In this document: positions 39,253 to 49,884 of the stretch, one piece after another | How positions within the stretch are numbered: position 1 is the stretch's first letter | Layout of the letters: the number at the start of each line of letters is the position of its first letter | From: Malacoraja senta | Lineage: Eukaryota | Length of the DNA stretch: 64,000 nt | Assembly (NCBI GenBank): GCA_038087875.1 | Contig: JAXLNO010000438.1 | Coordinates: 434,001 to 498,000 of the forward strand | Direction: 5' to 3' | Made by a program: the position numbers and the translations under genes | Notes under the pieces: model-generated | What the model was told of the DNA's origin: nothing | What the model saw: the letters and a program-made list of their open reading frames with translations, nothing else | Database searches by the model: none

Positions 39253-40445
39253 TTCTTGAGTTTGCGGCAGCAGAGGTTATGTAACGCCCTCCAGGCGCTG
39301 CAGCCAGTTCAATGTGCTGCTGTCGAGGGCCGTGAGTTCTACCCCTCCACCAGTGGGGCGGAGGACAGCGCAGTTGAAAATGACGTGCTGCGCTGTTTGC
39401 TGGACCGCTCCACATATGCAGGCTGCTGATGAATGCAGCCCCCAGCGATACATGTTGGCATTGAACCGGCCGACCCCTGTTCAGGGCGACCCACTCTTTG
39501 CGGGGCAGTACCGAGCCAGGTGGGGCTGTGCTGTTCGGTGCAACAGTGAATTGCGGAGGTCGTGAAGTCTGTTCACAGCTGGTTCTCCATGCTCCTAGTG
39601 TGTTGAAACCAGAGCCAATGAGAGTCGCTGCATGACGGGAGAAGGGGTGACGAGGTGACAGGTGTTGAGGTCCCAGTTGCTGTGAGTACTGGGCGAGTTG
39701 GTGCAGAGGATGTTTGGCATCCGATGGGGCCTTGCACACCAGCCTGTGAGTGAAGTACTCTCTGCGAAGCTTGGCGGGTGCGATACCTGCGAGCACCGGC
39801 AGAAGATCCGTCAGAGTAGGGCGTAGGCAGCCGGTGATGACCCGCATGGTGTCGTTGAGGATGGCGTCTAGCTTGCTAGTATGAGCGCTGCGGCACCATG
39901 CTGGGGCGGCGTACTCAGCGGCGCTGTACACAAGTGCAAGTGCACTGCTTCGGAGAGTAGATGTCCTGGCGCCCCATGACGATCCAGCCAAGCAATGCAG
40001 GAGGTTGTTCTGCGCCAAGACTTTAGCACGGAGAGCTTCAGGTCAGCTGCCGATCTAGGTTCACCCCGAGGTATATAGGAAATGTGTTATAGGGTAGGGG
40101 TGACCCATTGAGGGTGATGAGCTTCCTTGTTGTTCAGGTGAAAGGCCGTTGTGGTGGCTTTTGCCACACTCAGTTTTAGTCTCTAGGTCTTAAGGTAACC
40201 CGTGACAAGTTCCATATCCATCGAGAGCACATCGTCCACGTTTGACCAACTCCTGTCCGAATGCAGTAGGGCCAGGTCATCTGCGTATCCATACTGGTGC
40301 AAGGTCGTGCGTGGCAGATCGCTGATATAGAGATTGAAGAGCATGGGGAGTAGTACCGAGCCTTGGGGGACTCCGTTTCTTAGGCGTCGCAGTCGGCTAG
40401 ATTGTCCATCGCTGGTCTTGAAGACAAAACTGCGGTTTGCAAGGA
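39253..40445 (-). mobile_element. 5'-truncated Vingi-like (I/Ingi group) LINE
   Basis: Minus-strand remnants NGVPQGSVL, GYADDLAL and NNLL..LAGSSWGA..STLRSSALALVYSAAEYAAPAWCRSAHT..LD..LN.TMRVITGCLRPT...LPVLAGIAP..LRR; GC- and CpG-rich. Clade assignment from recalled motifs. Confidence 0.8.
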
Positions 40446-40521
40446 CATGCTGAGAATGAGTTAGTGACTATCAAGTTTTCTGATAATAGTTATCTGTTCC
40501 CAACAGACTATATCGCTATTG

Positions 40522-40920
40522 CGGAAATGCAAAGAGAGGAACTCAGCGGGTCAAGCAGAATCAGTGGAGAGAAATGGACAAACACTGTCCACATCTCATC
40601 CCCTCTGGCGATCTCCCCTCCACAGCCTTCAACCTTATAGTTCCCCAGCCCTGCACTGCACGCTTCTATCTCCTTCCAAAATTCCACAAACAGGACTGCC
40701 ATGGCAGACCCATTGTTTCTCCTTGCTCCTGCTCCACAGAACTCATCTCCACATACCTTGATTCCATCCTATCCCCCCTGACCATTCCCTTCTGATCTAC
40801 ATCCGAGACACCTTACAAGCCCTTCAACTCTTCAATAACTTTCTATTCTTAGGCCACCATTGCCTCATCTTTTCCAATGACATCTAGACCCTTTATACCT
40901 CCATCCTCCACCAGTAAGAT
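40522..40920 (+). mobile_element. Penelope-like element RT fragment preceded by an inverted pLTR piece
   Basis: PQPCTARFYLLPKFHKQDCHGRPIVSPCSCSTELISTYLDSILSPL matches the PLE RT motif FY.LPK.HK...GRPIVS. Confidence 0.85.
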
Positions 40921-41115
40921 CTCAAGGGTCTATGATGCCTGTGCTTCCTCTATTTAGTAGCCTGTGTTAAACAAACTGATTTTTTTGGGACTGCCTATAA
41001 GAGAGCTTCAGATAGCCTCATTATCCAGTTGTCAAATTGACTAAGGGATGAGTTGTTAACTATCTATTCATATGCCTATCTTAAATATTTGCTGTCAGCC
41101 AGACTAGATTTCTTA

Positions 41116-41422
41116 AGACGCAAAAGGCTGGAGTAACTCAGCAGGTCAGGCAGCATCTCTGGAGAAAAGGAATAGGTGATGTTTTGGGTCAAGACCCTTC
41201 TTCAGATTTCTTATCTCTTCAGTCATAAGAACCTGATCAAGTCCCATCCCAGAATCCTAATGCATAAGGTAATGTTCCAGTAATAGACACAAAATGCTGG
41301 AGTACCTCAGGCAGCATCTCTGGATAGAATGGGTGATGTTTCTTCAGACGCTTAATGTCACCCATTCCTTCAATCCAGAATTGCTGCCTCACCCGCAGAG
41401 TTCCTCCAGCAATTTTGTCTGC
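41116..41422. mobile_element. Two Penelope pLTR-derived repeats (41116-41206 minus; 41284-41422 fold-back)
   Basis: gctggagtaactcagcaggtcaggcagcatctctggag...gacccttcttcag. Confidence 0.8.
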
Positions 41423-41949
41423 CATGTATTATGCCTTTGTTACCTCTAGACTTGCCAAGTTCAACTCAAATGTAACTCGATCCAAAATAGCCATTGCTCA
41501 CTCACTGACTATATTGGTTCTTGCTTGACCAATACATTGATGGGCCAGTGTTCTTTTCCACGCTACCATACCTAGAATTGAGACCCGAGTTATAATCAGG
41601 AAGAGCAAGACAAACAGAGTCAATTCCAAACATTGTCATTCAAAGAGATTATCAGGTGAGCCCCCTAAGTAAATCCTGGCTCATGGCCGCTCAGAGTGGA
41701 AAAGGAGCATTTGACATGGTATCGACAAGCTCAGGTCCATAGATCAGATGCATAGGAAGGAGTGTATTTCCTCACAAACTCTACGAGTTCTTGCTTGAGC
41801 AATACCTGGATGGACCAATGTCAGTCAGTGTCCTTTTCCAGGCTACCATCCTGTCCACCCCATTAGCCACTTCCTGTGAAAGAGTCGGTGGATCCCACAT
41901 TGGTTACATTACATCCCATATTGGTTACATTAGCCACCGCAGGACCAAC

Positions 41950-42250
41950 AAAATAACCTCAATCCTAACGGCCTACCCAAGAAGAAGACCCTAGATTTAA
42001 AACATTTTCCAAATCCCTTGCTCCAACCTATGGTTGCAATCCTGCCTGCAACTCCCTAATTCATCCCCTCCAATTCTGGCATCATGCACATTCGAGATTT
42101 TAATCACCCCATGGCTGACAGCTATACCTTCTGCAAGCAAGGGCCAAAGTTCTGGAATTCTCTCTGAAGTCCTCTTAGTTTTATTATCTCCTTCGATCAA
42201 AGCAGTAATCTGTCATAATATTGTCTTAGGTGGCTCAGTATGCTAACATT
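41950..42250 (+). mobile_element. Old L2-like LINE 3' fragment
   Basis: tttaaaacattttccaaatccct...gggccaaagttctggaattctctc resembles an L2 ORF2 end. Confidence 0.45.
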
Positions 42251-42309
42251 CCTCTGAGAATAAACCCAGTCTTTCTGCCACATTAAACAATCCATCCATT
42301 AGACATTAG

Positions 42310-43100
42310 ATTAAGAAGACTCAAAAGGATACAGCAGAACATAGTTCAGTGGTGTGGAGTAGTGAAAGATGTAATTTAATCCAGAGCCAGCTAATGCACT
42401 TTGAGAGGTCAAATTGTGGGTGGACATATAGTGTAAATGGCGGAAACCATAGGAGTGTGAATGTATTTGGAGATTTTGGGGTAATAGTCGATAGCTGCAT
42501 GAAAGTGGTAACACAAGTAATAAGGTAGTGCAAAGCCACTTGCCATGCTTGGCTTCAGGGGCTGAGCCAATCAGCATATGAGTTGGACAAAATATTGGTT
42601 AGAGATCCATTAGAGTCTGTTTTACCATTCTAGTCACCACACTGCAGTAATGACATGGTACTAATAGAAAGCCAGCAGAAGTGGTTCACGCCAGGAGGTG
42701 GCCTGGAATGGAGGGCTGCAGTTGTTAGGAGAGATTGGAAAGGTTGGGTTTATTCTCACTGGAAGGTAGGAGGCCGAGGGGGTGACGTTACAGAAATTTG
42801 TCAAATAGGACAGAGGAGTCTAGAACCAAGACGCACAGGTTTTAAGGTGCGAGAGAAAAAAAATAAAGGAGATGTAAGGGGTAGGATTTTCACACAGAGG
42901 GTGATGAATGTCTGGAATGAGCTGCCAGAAAATGTAGTGGAAGCAGATGCAAATACAACATTTAAAAGCTGTTTGGTGTACTTCCATAGGAAAGGCATAG
43001 AAGGATGCAGCCAAATGAGACTAGCACAGATAGGCATCACTGTTGGCATGGAGGATGTTGGCCAAAGGGGCCCACGTCTGTGCTGTATGTTTCTATGATT
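42310..43100 (+). mobile_element. Old CR1 LINE 3' part
   Basis: DVRGRIFTQRVMNVWNELPENVVEA plus tail. Confidence 0.85.
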
Positions 43101-43339
43101 CAAAGAAAAGAACCTGGTGTTCTGGTGGAAATGCTGCTTGATAACAGAATTTAAATGACTCCTTGCTCAAACAGATCCAGATAGTCATCTTCAATGCTCA
43201 TCGATGATGTTCAGTGATTTCACTAGTGTGCTGCAGGCTGAGAATTCTAAAAGGATTTAACACTTGCAGGAGAGAAAGGTAGGAAAAGAAACAAAGGAAA
43301 AAGAATCATCACACATCCATCACTAGTTACCACAACTAC

Positions 43340-44137
43340 AGAGAAGTGTGACGTGTTGCATTTTGGGATGTCTAACAATGGCAGGGCCTACGCAGTGAAT
43401 GGTAGGCCTCTGGGGAATGTTGTAGAGAAGAGGGATCTAGGGGTGCAGGTGCATGGTTCCTTGGAGGTTGAGTCGCAGGTAGATAAGGTGGTCAAAAAGG
43501 CTTTTGGCACATTGGCCTTCATCAGTCAGAGTATAGAGTATAGAAGTTGGGAGGTCATGTTGCAGTTGTATAAGATGTTGGTGACACCGTATTTAGAATA
43601 TTGTGTTCAGTTCTGGGCACCATGTTATAGGAAAGATATTGTCAATCTTGAAAGGGTTCAGAGAGGATTTATGAGGATGTTGCCAGGACTAGAGTGTGTG
43701 AGCTATAGGGAGAAGTTGAGTAGGCTGGGTCTCTATTCCTTAGAGCACAGGAGGATGAGGGGTGATCTTATAGAGGTTTATAAAATAATGAGAGGAATAG
43801 ATTGGGGAGATGCACAGAGTCTCTTGCCAAGAGTAGGGGAATCGAAGACCAGAGGACATAGGTTCAAGGTGATGGGGAAAAGATTTAATAGGAATCTGAG
43901 GGGTAACTTTTACACAAAGGATGATGGGTGTATGGAACAAGCTGCCAGATGAGGTTGTTGATGCTGGGACTATCCCAATGCTTAAGAAGCAGTTAGACAG
44001 GTACATGGATAGGACAGGTTTGGAGGGATATGGATCAAGCGTAGGAAGGTGGGTCTAGTGTAGCTGGGAAATGTTGGTCAGTGTGGGCAAGTTGGGCCAA
44101 AGGGCCTGTTTCCACACTGTATCACTCTATGATTCTA
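43340..44137 (+). mobile_element. CR1/HER1 LINE 3' part
   Basis: LHFG..RDLGVQVH..LEYCVQFWAP..RRMRGDLIEVYKIM; tail gggcctgtttccacactgtatcactctatgattcta. Confidence 0.92.
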
Positions 44138-44309
44138 ACTAACTTTAGAGGGTTTTCATCTCCTAAATTATTCTCTTGTTGCTTCAATTCTATTTCAATT
44201 AAAGACAGGGATTGTGTTCATTCAAAGCAAATAGTAATAGATTAATGATATCAGGAAGTATGGGGATACTGTGGGGAAATGGCACTGATGTCAAAGATCT
44301 CTCAAATCT

Positions 44310-44440
44310 TGTGTAGCAAGGAATTGCAGATTCTGGTATACACCGAAGATCGAAACAAAATGCTGGAGTAACTCAGCGGGACAGGCAGCATCTCTGGAGA
44401 GAAGGAATGGGTGATGTTTAGGTCGAGACCCTTCTTCAAG
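44310..44440 (-). mobile_element. Penelope pLTR-derived repeat
   Basis: aaggaattgcagattctgg...aaaatgctggagtaactcagc...ggtcgagacccttcttca. Confidence 0.8.
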
Positions 44441-44589
44441 AATCTTGATGAACGGCAGATCATAATCAAAGTGTTATGAAGCCTACTCACACCTCCATTA
44501 CTTCAGTTCTTATATGTGTTCATTGTTATTCTTCCAATGCGACACGATTTACAGTACAGTAACAAATCATTGATCACAAATTATCACAA

Positions 44590-45148
44590 ACAGAGATGCT
44601 GAGGCTCTGTAAGGTGCTGGTCAGGCCACATTTGGAGTACTGTGAGCAAATTTGGGCCCTGTATCCGAGGAAAGATGTGCTGGCTATGGAGAGGAGGTTT
44701 ACAAGAATGATTCCAGGAAGGAGTGGGTTAGCATGAGAGTTTGACAGCACTGGGCCTCTACTCGCTGGAGTTTAGAAAGTTGAGGGGGGGACCTCATTGA
44801 AACTTAATAATGAAAGGTATAGATTGAGTTGATGCGGAAAGGATGTTTCCACTGGTGGGAGAGTCTAGAACCAGAGGTCATAGACTCAGAATTTAAGGGC
44901 GCTCTTTTAGAAAGGAGGAACTTCTTTAGTCAGAGGGTAGTTAATCTGTGGAACACATTGCCACAGAGGGCTGTGGAGGCCGTCAGTGGATATTTTTAAG
45001 GAAGAGAAATTCTTCATTAGAACAGGTGGGGAGTTATGGGGAGAAGGCAGGAAAATGGGATTAGCAGGCAGAGATCAGCCATGATTGAATGGCGGAGTAG
45101 GCTCGATGGGCCGAATTGCCTAATAACTCCTATAACGTGAGCTTGTGA
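44590..45148 (+). mobile_element. CR1 LINE 3' part
   Basis: ctggtcaggccacatttggagtactgtg...gatcagccatgattgaatggcggag. Confidence 0.88.
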
Positions 45149-46454
45149 AATGGTGAAAGTGAGAGTACATGCTGCTTCTGACCCACCTCATATCCAATTT
45201 TTTCTAACAATATAGCCATCTTTTCTTTTCTCCCTTAAAATCTTACCTTGACTAATATTAATTTTCTTTAAATACAGCTACAGACACTGATCGTGCTAGT
45301 GCACATCAATGAAGTGTTAATATTGATGTGCCAGCAGTGATTGGTACAATAATTCCAAGTAAATTTCCCTGTAATATTTTGTGTAATACATTGTGACTAT
45401 CTTAGAATTCTGACCCTTAGTTTGAAATGTCCTCACAAGTAGAAACTTCAGGTAGAACATCAGAGAGAAACTTGTCTTCTTCACCCAGCACTAAACAATT
45501 AATGGAACCCTCTCTGGCATGCATGGTGGTGGTGAAGGAGATATGGGCAGTTGATATTTTAGCATCAGTAGTCAAAGGCAAATTTCTAAACCATCTTCTC
45601 TTTATTTTCTGTATTAAAGAGATTCATAATTTTTGAGAAAGTATTATGTAACCCCAATAATAATTGTAAGTATTATTTCTTTTGGACAGTGTTTGTTTGG
45701 TGGGTGTTCTTGGTATTAGTGTTGTTCCTATAGATTTAGGGTTGTTTTGCTATTACGTTTTCAGTGCTGTGACTAAATATTTGAAGTTTTTCCATGGCAA
45801 TGCATTTACTTTTATTCTCCTTTGAAATTGAAGCATCCAATGATTTAATCTGATGTTGTGTGGATGTGACTCTATTGACAGACATTAAAAAACCTGAACA
45901 AAAAAATGAGAAACAAATATTATAAATTTTCCCCCAAAATTTTTTGTTGATAAAAATATCTTATTGCTTATATTTTATGCCCATTTTATAAACTTCAGTT
46001 GGAGAGTTATGGCTATTTTCACCAGAATGAAGCAATGGAAAGTATGCAGATGAGCTTTGCTAAAATGAGTTGAAAGGTCTTTGCTGTCAGTAACTTGAAA
46101 AACTGGGGTTCTTTCTATTAGAACAAAGTAGCAGCAAATGTTCAAAACAATGAAAGGTTCAGTTAAAGTAAACAGCAAGAAAATATCCACAGGTCAGTGG
46201 ATAGGTACATCACCAGAGGGCTGGAATCAAATATTGATCTGAACATGTGGAACCTTTTGGTCTCTTCTTGAGCAATTTTTAGAATGAAGCAGTACAGCTA
46301 AATTCAAAAATAAAGTTCTGTCTTCTTGCTGTAAGAGTTCCCTCTGTTGCTATTTTCTCATTGAAATAGATTGCTGGCACTCACAGTAAGTGAATGCAAA
46401 TGCCTCATTAGAAGCCCTACACAATAAATTGGGCACAAATGTCATTTCAATATC

Positions 46455-46568
46455 AGAAACAAGGAACTCCAGATGCTGGTTTACCAAGGAAAGACACAAA
46501 ATGCTGGAGCAAATCAGGCCTGGAGAACATGGATAGGTGACATTTTGGGTCGGGACTCTTCTTCAGAC
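46455..46568 (-). mobile_element. Penelope pLTR-derived repeat
   Basis: aaacaaggaactccagatgctgg...ggtgacattttgggtcgggactcttcttcagac. Confidence 0.8.
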
Positions 46569-47089
46569 AGACCATTTTGAGTCAATCATTTCAATATTGT
46601 TACCCAGAGATATAAAGCCAAATAAATGTCCCTGAAACCAATCAGCAGGGGCCACAGTGGAAATTTAAAATCAACGGTTGAGGGACAATCCTTTCTTTGC
46701 AGCAAACTAAGTATCCTTCTTTGACTGACCTGGCCCTCCACTTTTGTCATCCAGCTCCACTCTGCAAGTGGACCGTTGAACTGCTCACTATTCCCATCAT
46801 TTCCGTACTGTTGGGGCCAACCACGACATATGTCCAGGTTTCACTTGTGCTGAGCTCTGCCCACAATCCTCCCAATGGTTCATGCCCCTCATCCCAACTA
46901 CCATCTCCAAGGAAGAGCTATTTAAATGACTCTGTACAGGATTGTGGACTACTGGAGTATCCGAAATAATGTTGGAAGCTCAACCCGTTATATATTTCAA
47001 ACAAGGATGTGCACTTATGTTAAGGAAAGGAAAATGTAAGAGAATGGTGTGGTGGTGATATGTGGTGAATCGATCTTTCTATGAGCTGG

Positions 47090-47185
47090 AAACAGACACA
47101 AAATGCTGGAGTAACTCAACGGGTCAGGCAGCATCTCTGGAAAAAAGGAATAGGTAATATTTCCGGTCGAGACCCTTCTTCAGAC
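47090..47185 (-). mobile_element. Short Penelope pLTR-derived insertion with 9-bp TSD
   Basis: ATGAGCTGG at 47081-47089 and 47186-47194. Confidence 0.85.
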
Positions 47186-49035
47186 ATGAGCTGGTGTAAA
47201 AATAACCTGTATTTCTGCACCTAAATATTCCAAAAAATATTTGGTAAAAAATGTGTACTTTCACTTTTCTAAATGAAAAGTTAAAAATATAACCAACACG
47301 TGTGGAAGATCAGAAAATATAGCTGATCATTGCCTAACAAGGGTTAATTTCAAAATGTAAGGCGCCCTCACGCGCAAACATCTTTGTGGTACGTTTAGTT
47401 AAAACGTTGCTTTAATCATTCCAAACATTTCTAAAGATACAAAAAAACTTCGGCAGTGCAACGAAAACAACAACCATCTTCCAACCCACTCTCCTAATCC
47501 GTCAGAAGCTCCCGCCGAGCTGTATCATCCCCTCAAATAGTTGACTGTATCATCCCCTCAAATAGAAACAGCATTAAACATCCTCCAGGGCACACCCTCG
47601 CCATATCACGGTTAGTTTAACTCCAACGAACAGCCTTAATGACAGCTTGTACAGTTTGATGCTTTCAGAGACTGCAATTCTTGAATTAAAAAGGCCCGCA
47701 GTGCTAATTACGCCCAATGCTTGGAAACTTCATGGAATGGTTGGCATACCATGTTTCACACTGTACAGGATGAAATGTGAAAGTGTTATTTCTAACAATA
47801 TTGTTTCCTGCAAATAAGTGGCGCTGCTATACTGAATGAGCCTTCTTCCACACGCGTTCAGATGGCGAACACCCCCCGCCCTCGTGGCTTTATTACGCGA
47901 GGAAGGTTGTTAATCGCAGCGCTGGTAGTCAGGAGCAACTGACACATCATCCATCCCTTCTTCACCTGTTCGGAACTTTTCTCCGACGTTCAAGGCAATG
48001 AAACACCCTCTAACTGAAACCCCCACTGCCCTCCGACAGCTGAAAAATGGAAACCCCCACGTAGCAGTTGGTTGTAACTATAGATAGCAGATCTTTAACT
48101 GTCACACGGAGCTTAGTACAAAGGCACCAATAAATCTATTTGTTTTAAACGGCAACTGACAGCTCTGGGAACTGGTTTCAAGTATCCTCTCTCTTTCTAT
48201 GCAAACCCACTCCAACCCCCTCGCCCCCGCTTTTCACATAAAAAAAACGCCCTCATAGGCCCCCAAACCTTTATACCTTGACATTAATAACCGGTTAAGT
48301 CAGGAAAAGTCTTCTACATCTATTTAGATTTCGTTGCAATGACTAAAGATCAGAGGTGACTGCCCGAAAAAGATTTGAGTGTCTAATCTGCGAGAAGTTG
48401 ATACATCTAAGTTCATTGTTTATCAGCGTGTGCATTGACACAATGAGGACTTAAAAATCGTGATCAAACCACATATGACAGCCCCGGGTCTTTGAATCTA
48501 TCCAGTTCCCAAGGCTTCCTCGGGGTTGGCGGTGATAAATCCCGATTCATTTTGGTTATAATTTACCATTCTCGACCGAATGCGATTACATTTCGTACCC
48601 GACGCTCAAACGGGGACAACTGGTTCACCGTTGGGAGGTGAACTGCCCGTCGAGACTGCGTTTTGCGCCCACGTTAACCGGCTCACAAGCCGCCGGAGCT
48701 AGGTGTGGGAGTGAGACCCCGTCAGCGCAGCTTCTACCGATACTGGGCGCAGCGCAGTGCAGACAACGCCTGGAAATCAGGAATGGTTTTGGAAAATCCT
48801 CTCCTTTACCCACCCATCACAATCCCCGGCAGAGGAAACCCCCGCCCGCAGACTCGGCTGTGTGAAATGTGCCTCACTCACTAGGGTGGCACGCGATCTA
48901 ACCCACAGAAATATCAAACCGCAGAATAATGCCAAATTCATTTTATTCCCCAATTTGAATGGGAAACATTTAGCTGTTCGCAGCTTCTTGTTAAAGCCCC
49001 GTAGCGCACAGAATGAGAGCGAAGAGGGGAGCAAA

Positions 49036-49083
49036 GGAGAGAGAGAACGAGATAGAGAGAGAACGAGATAGAGAGAGAGAGAG
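49036..49083. repeat. Imperfect (GA)n microsatellite just inside intron 1
   Basis: gagagagagaacgagatagagagagaacgagatagagagagagag. Confidence 0.9.
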
Positions 49084-49091
49084 CTTCCTAC

Positions 49092-49122
49092 CTGCATGTG
49101 TTTTCTGAACACTGTTTCCCAT
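49092..49122 (-). CDS. neurl1b: Neuralized E3 ubiquitin protein ligase 1B, coding exon 1 (31 nt, MGNSVQKTHA + first base of Asp)
   Basis: Minus strand reads aagtgATGGGAAACAGTGTTCAGAAAACACATGCAG|gtagga: good Kozak context and a GT donor at 49091. The phase-1 end matches the exon 2 acceptor, the peptide resembles the NEURL1B N-terminus MGNTVHRTLPD (recalled), and it lies in a CpG island. Too short for the ORF track. Confidence 0.9.
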
Positions 49123-49884
49123 CACTTCCTTTCATTTACCGCAAGGCAGAGCTAGGGTCTTTCTGTGTGGATATGACCAGGGTTGTGATCTCTCCCCTTG
49201 GCTTCAGAAGGTCCATCCACTCGGGTGAAAGCGAGTTGGTTTTGTTTTTAAGAGGAACAAAACGGGCGGGGAGGTTTTGCGGCTCAGAGGGGAATCTCTG
49301 GAGCATCGCCTGCTTTCCACACAAAAGAAATCTGGGCAACGAGAGGCTGGTCGCGGACGCTGATCCCCATCGGGGAAACTCCAAGCCCGGTTTATCTCTG
49401 TAACTGCACCGTGTGGAAATGGCCACGCCGTGAGACACACACACACACACAAGGCGACGCCTCGCCAACCCTCTGCTCCCCGACTTGTTAAAAGTCAACT
49501 ACTTCCGACTGCAATCTATAATGATCCTAGCAACGGCGCTGCCCATCTCTCGTCACCGTCTCCCACCGCACTGAAATCATTAAACCCATGCCGCCAATCC
49601 CGCGATGATTTTCAGCACTTCAAACCCATCGCTTGGAGAAAACAGCCAATGTTAAAACCCACTGATAAGCCCCAGACGCAGAACCAATATCCTCATTGTT
49701 TTCTGTCAAAGGGTCTCCCCGCCCGACGAACACACACATACAGTCACTTTGTGATCAGAAATCTGATTCTTAATCTGTGTCTGGTTTGGTGTAAAGACTA
49801 CATCATTCTTCAGGAATGATTCACGGAACCTATTGAATAGTGTAAACCTCTGCGATACGTTCAGCGTAGACTAGAGAAGTAATG

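Larger units (their letters stand above)
1..49122 (-). other. neurl1b: neurl1b gene span, 3'-partial (intron 1 9521-49091, intron 2 3600-8959, intron 3 runs off the left edge)
   Basis: Three exons splice in frame. No Ser-rich exon 4 or C3HC4 RING exon recognised in 1-2891. Confidence 0.85.
47350..49860 (-). promoter_or_regulatory. CpG island / promoter and 5' UTR region of neurl1b
   Basis: Non-repetitive, CpG-retaining stretch around exon 1 in an otherwise CpG-depleted AT-rich background. CCAAT at 49594, 49646 and 49684. TSS cannot be determined from sequence. Confidence 0.75.

Noticed and set aside
47520..47566. 21-bp tandem duplication ctgtatcatcccctcaaatag (similar short duplications at ~29515 and ~32143)
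   Set aside because: Ordinary local slippage duplications with no functional signal.
48555..48620. Possible alternative first exon ending ATG|GTAAAT in the CpG island
   Set aside because: Phase 0 would be out of frame with exon 2; weak donor; no other support.
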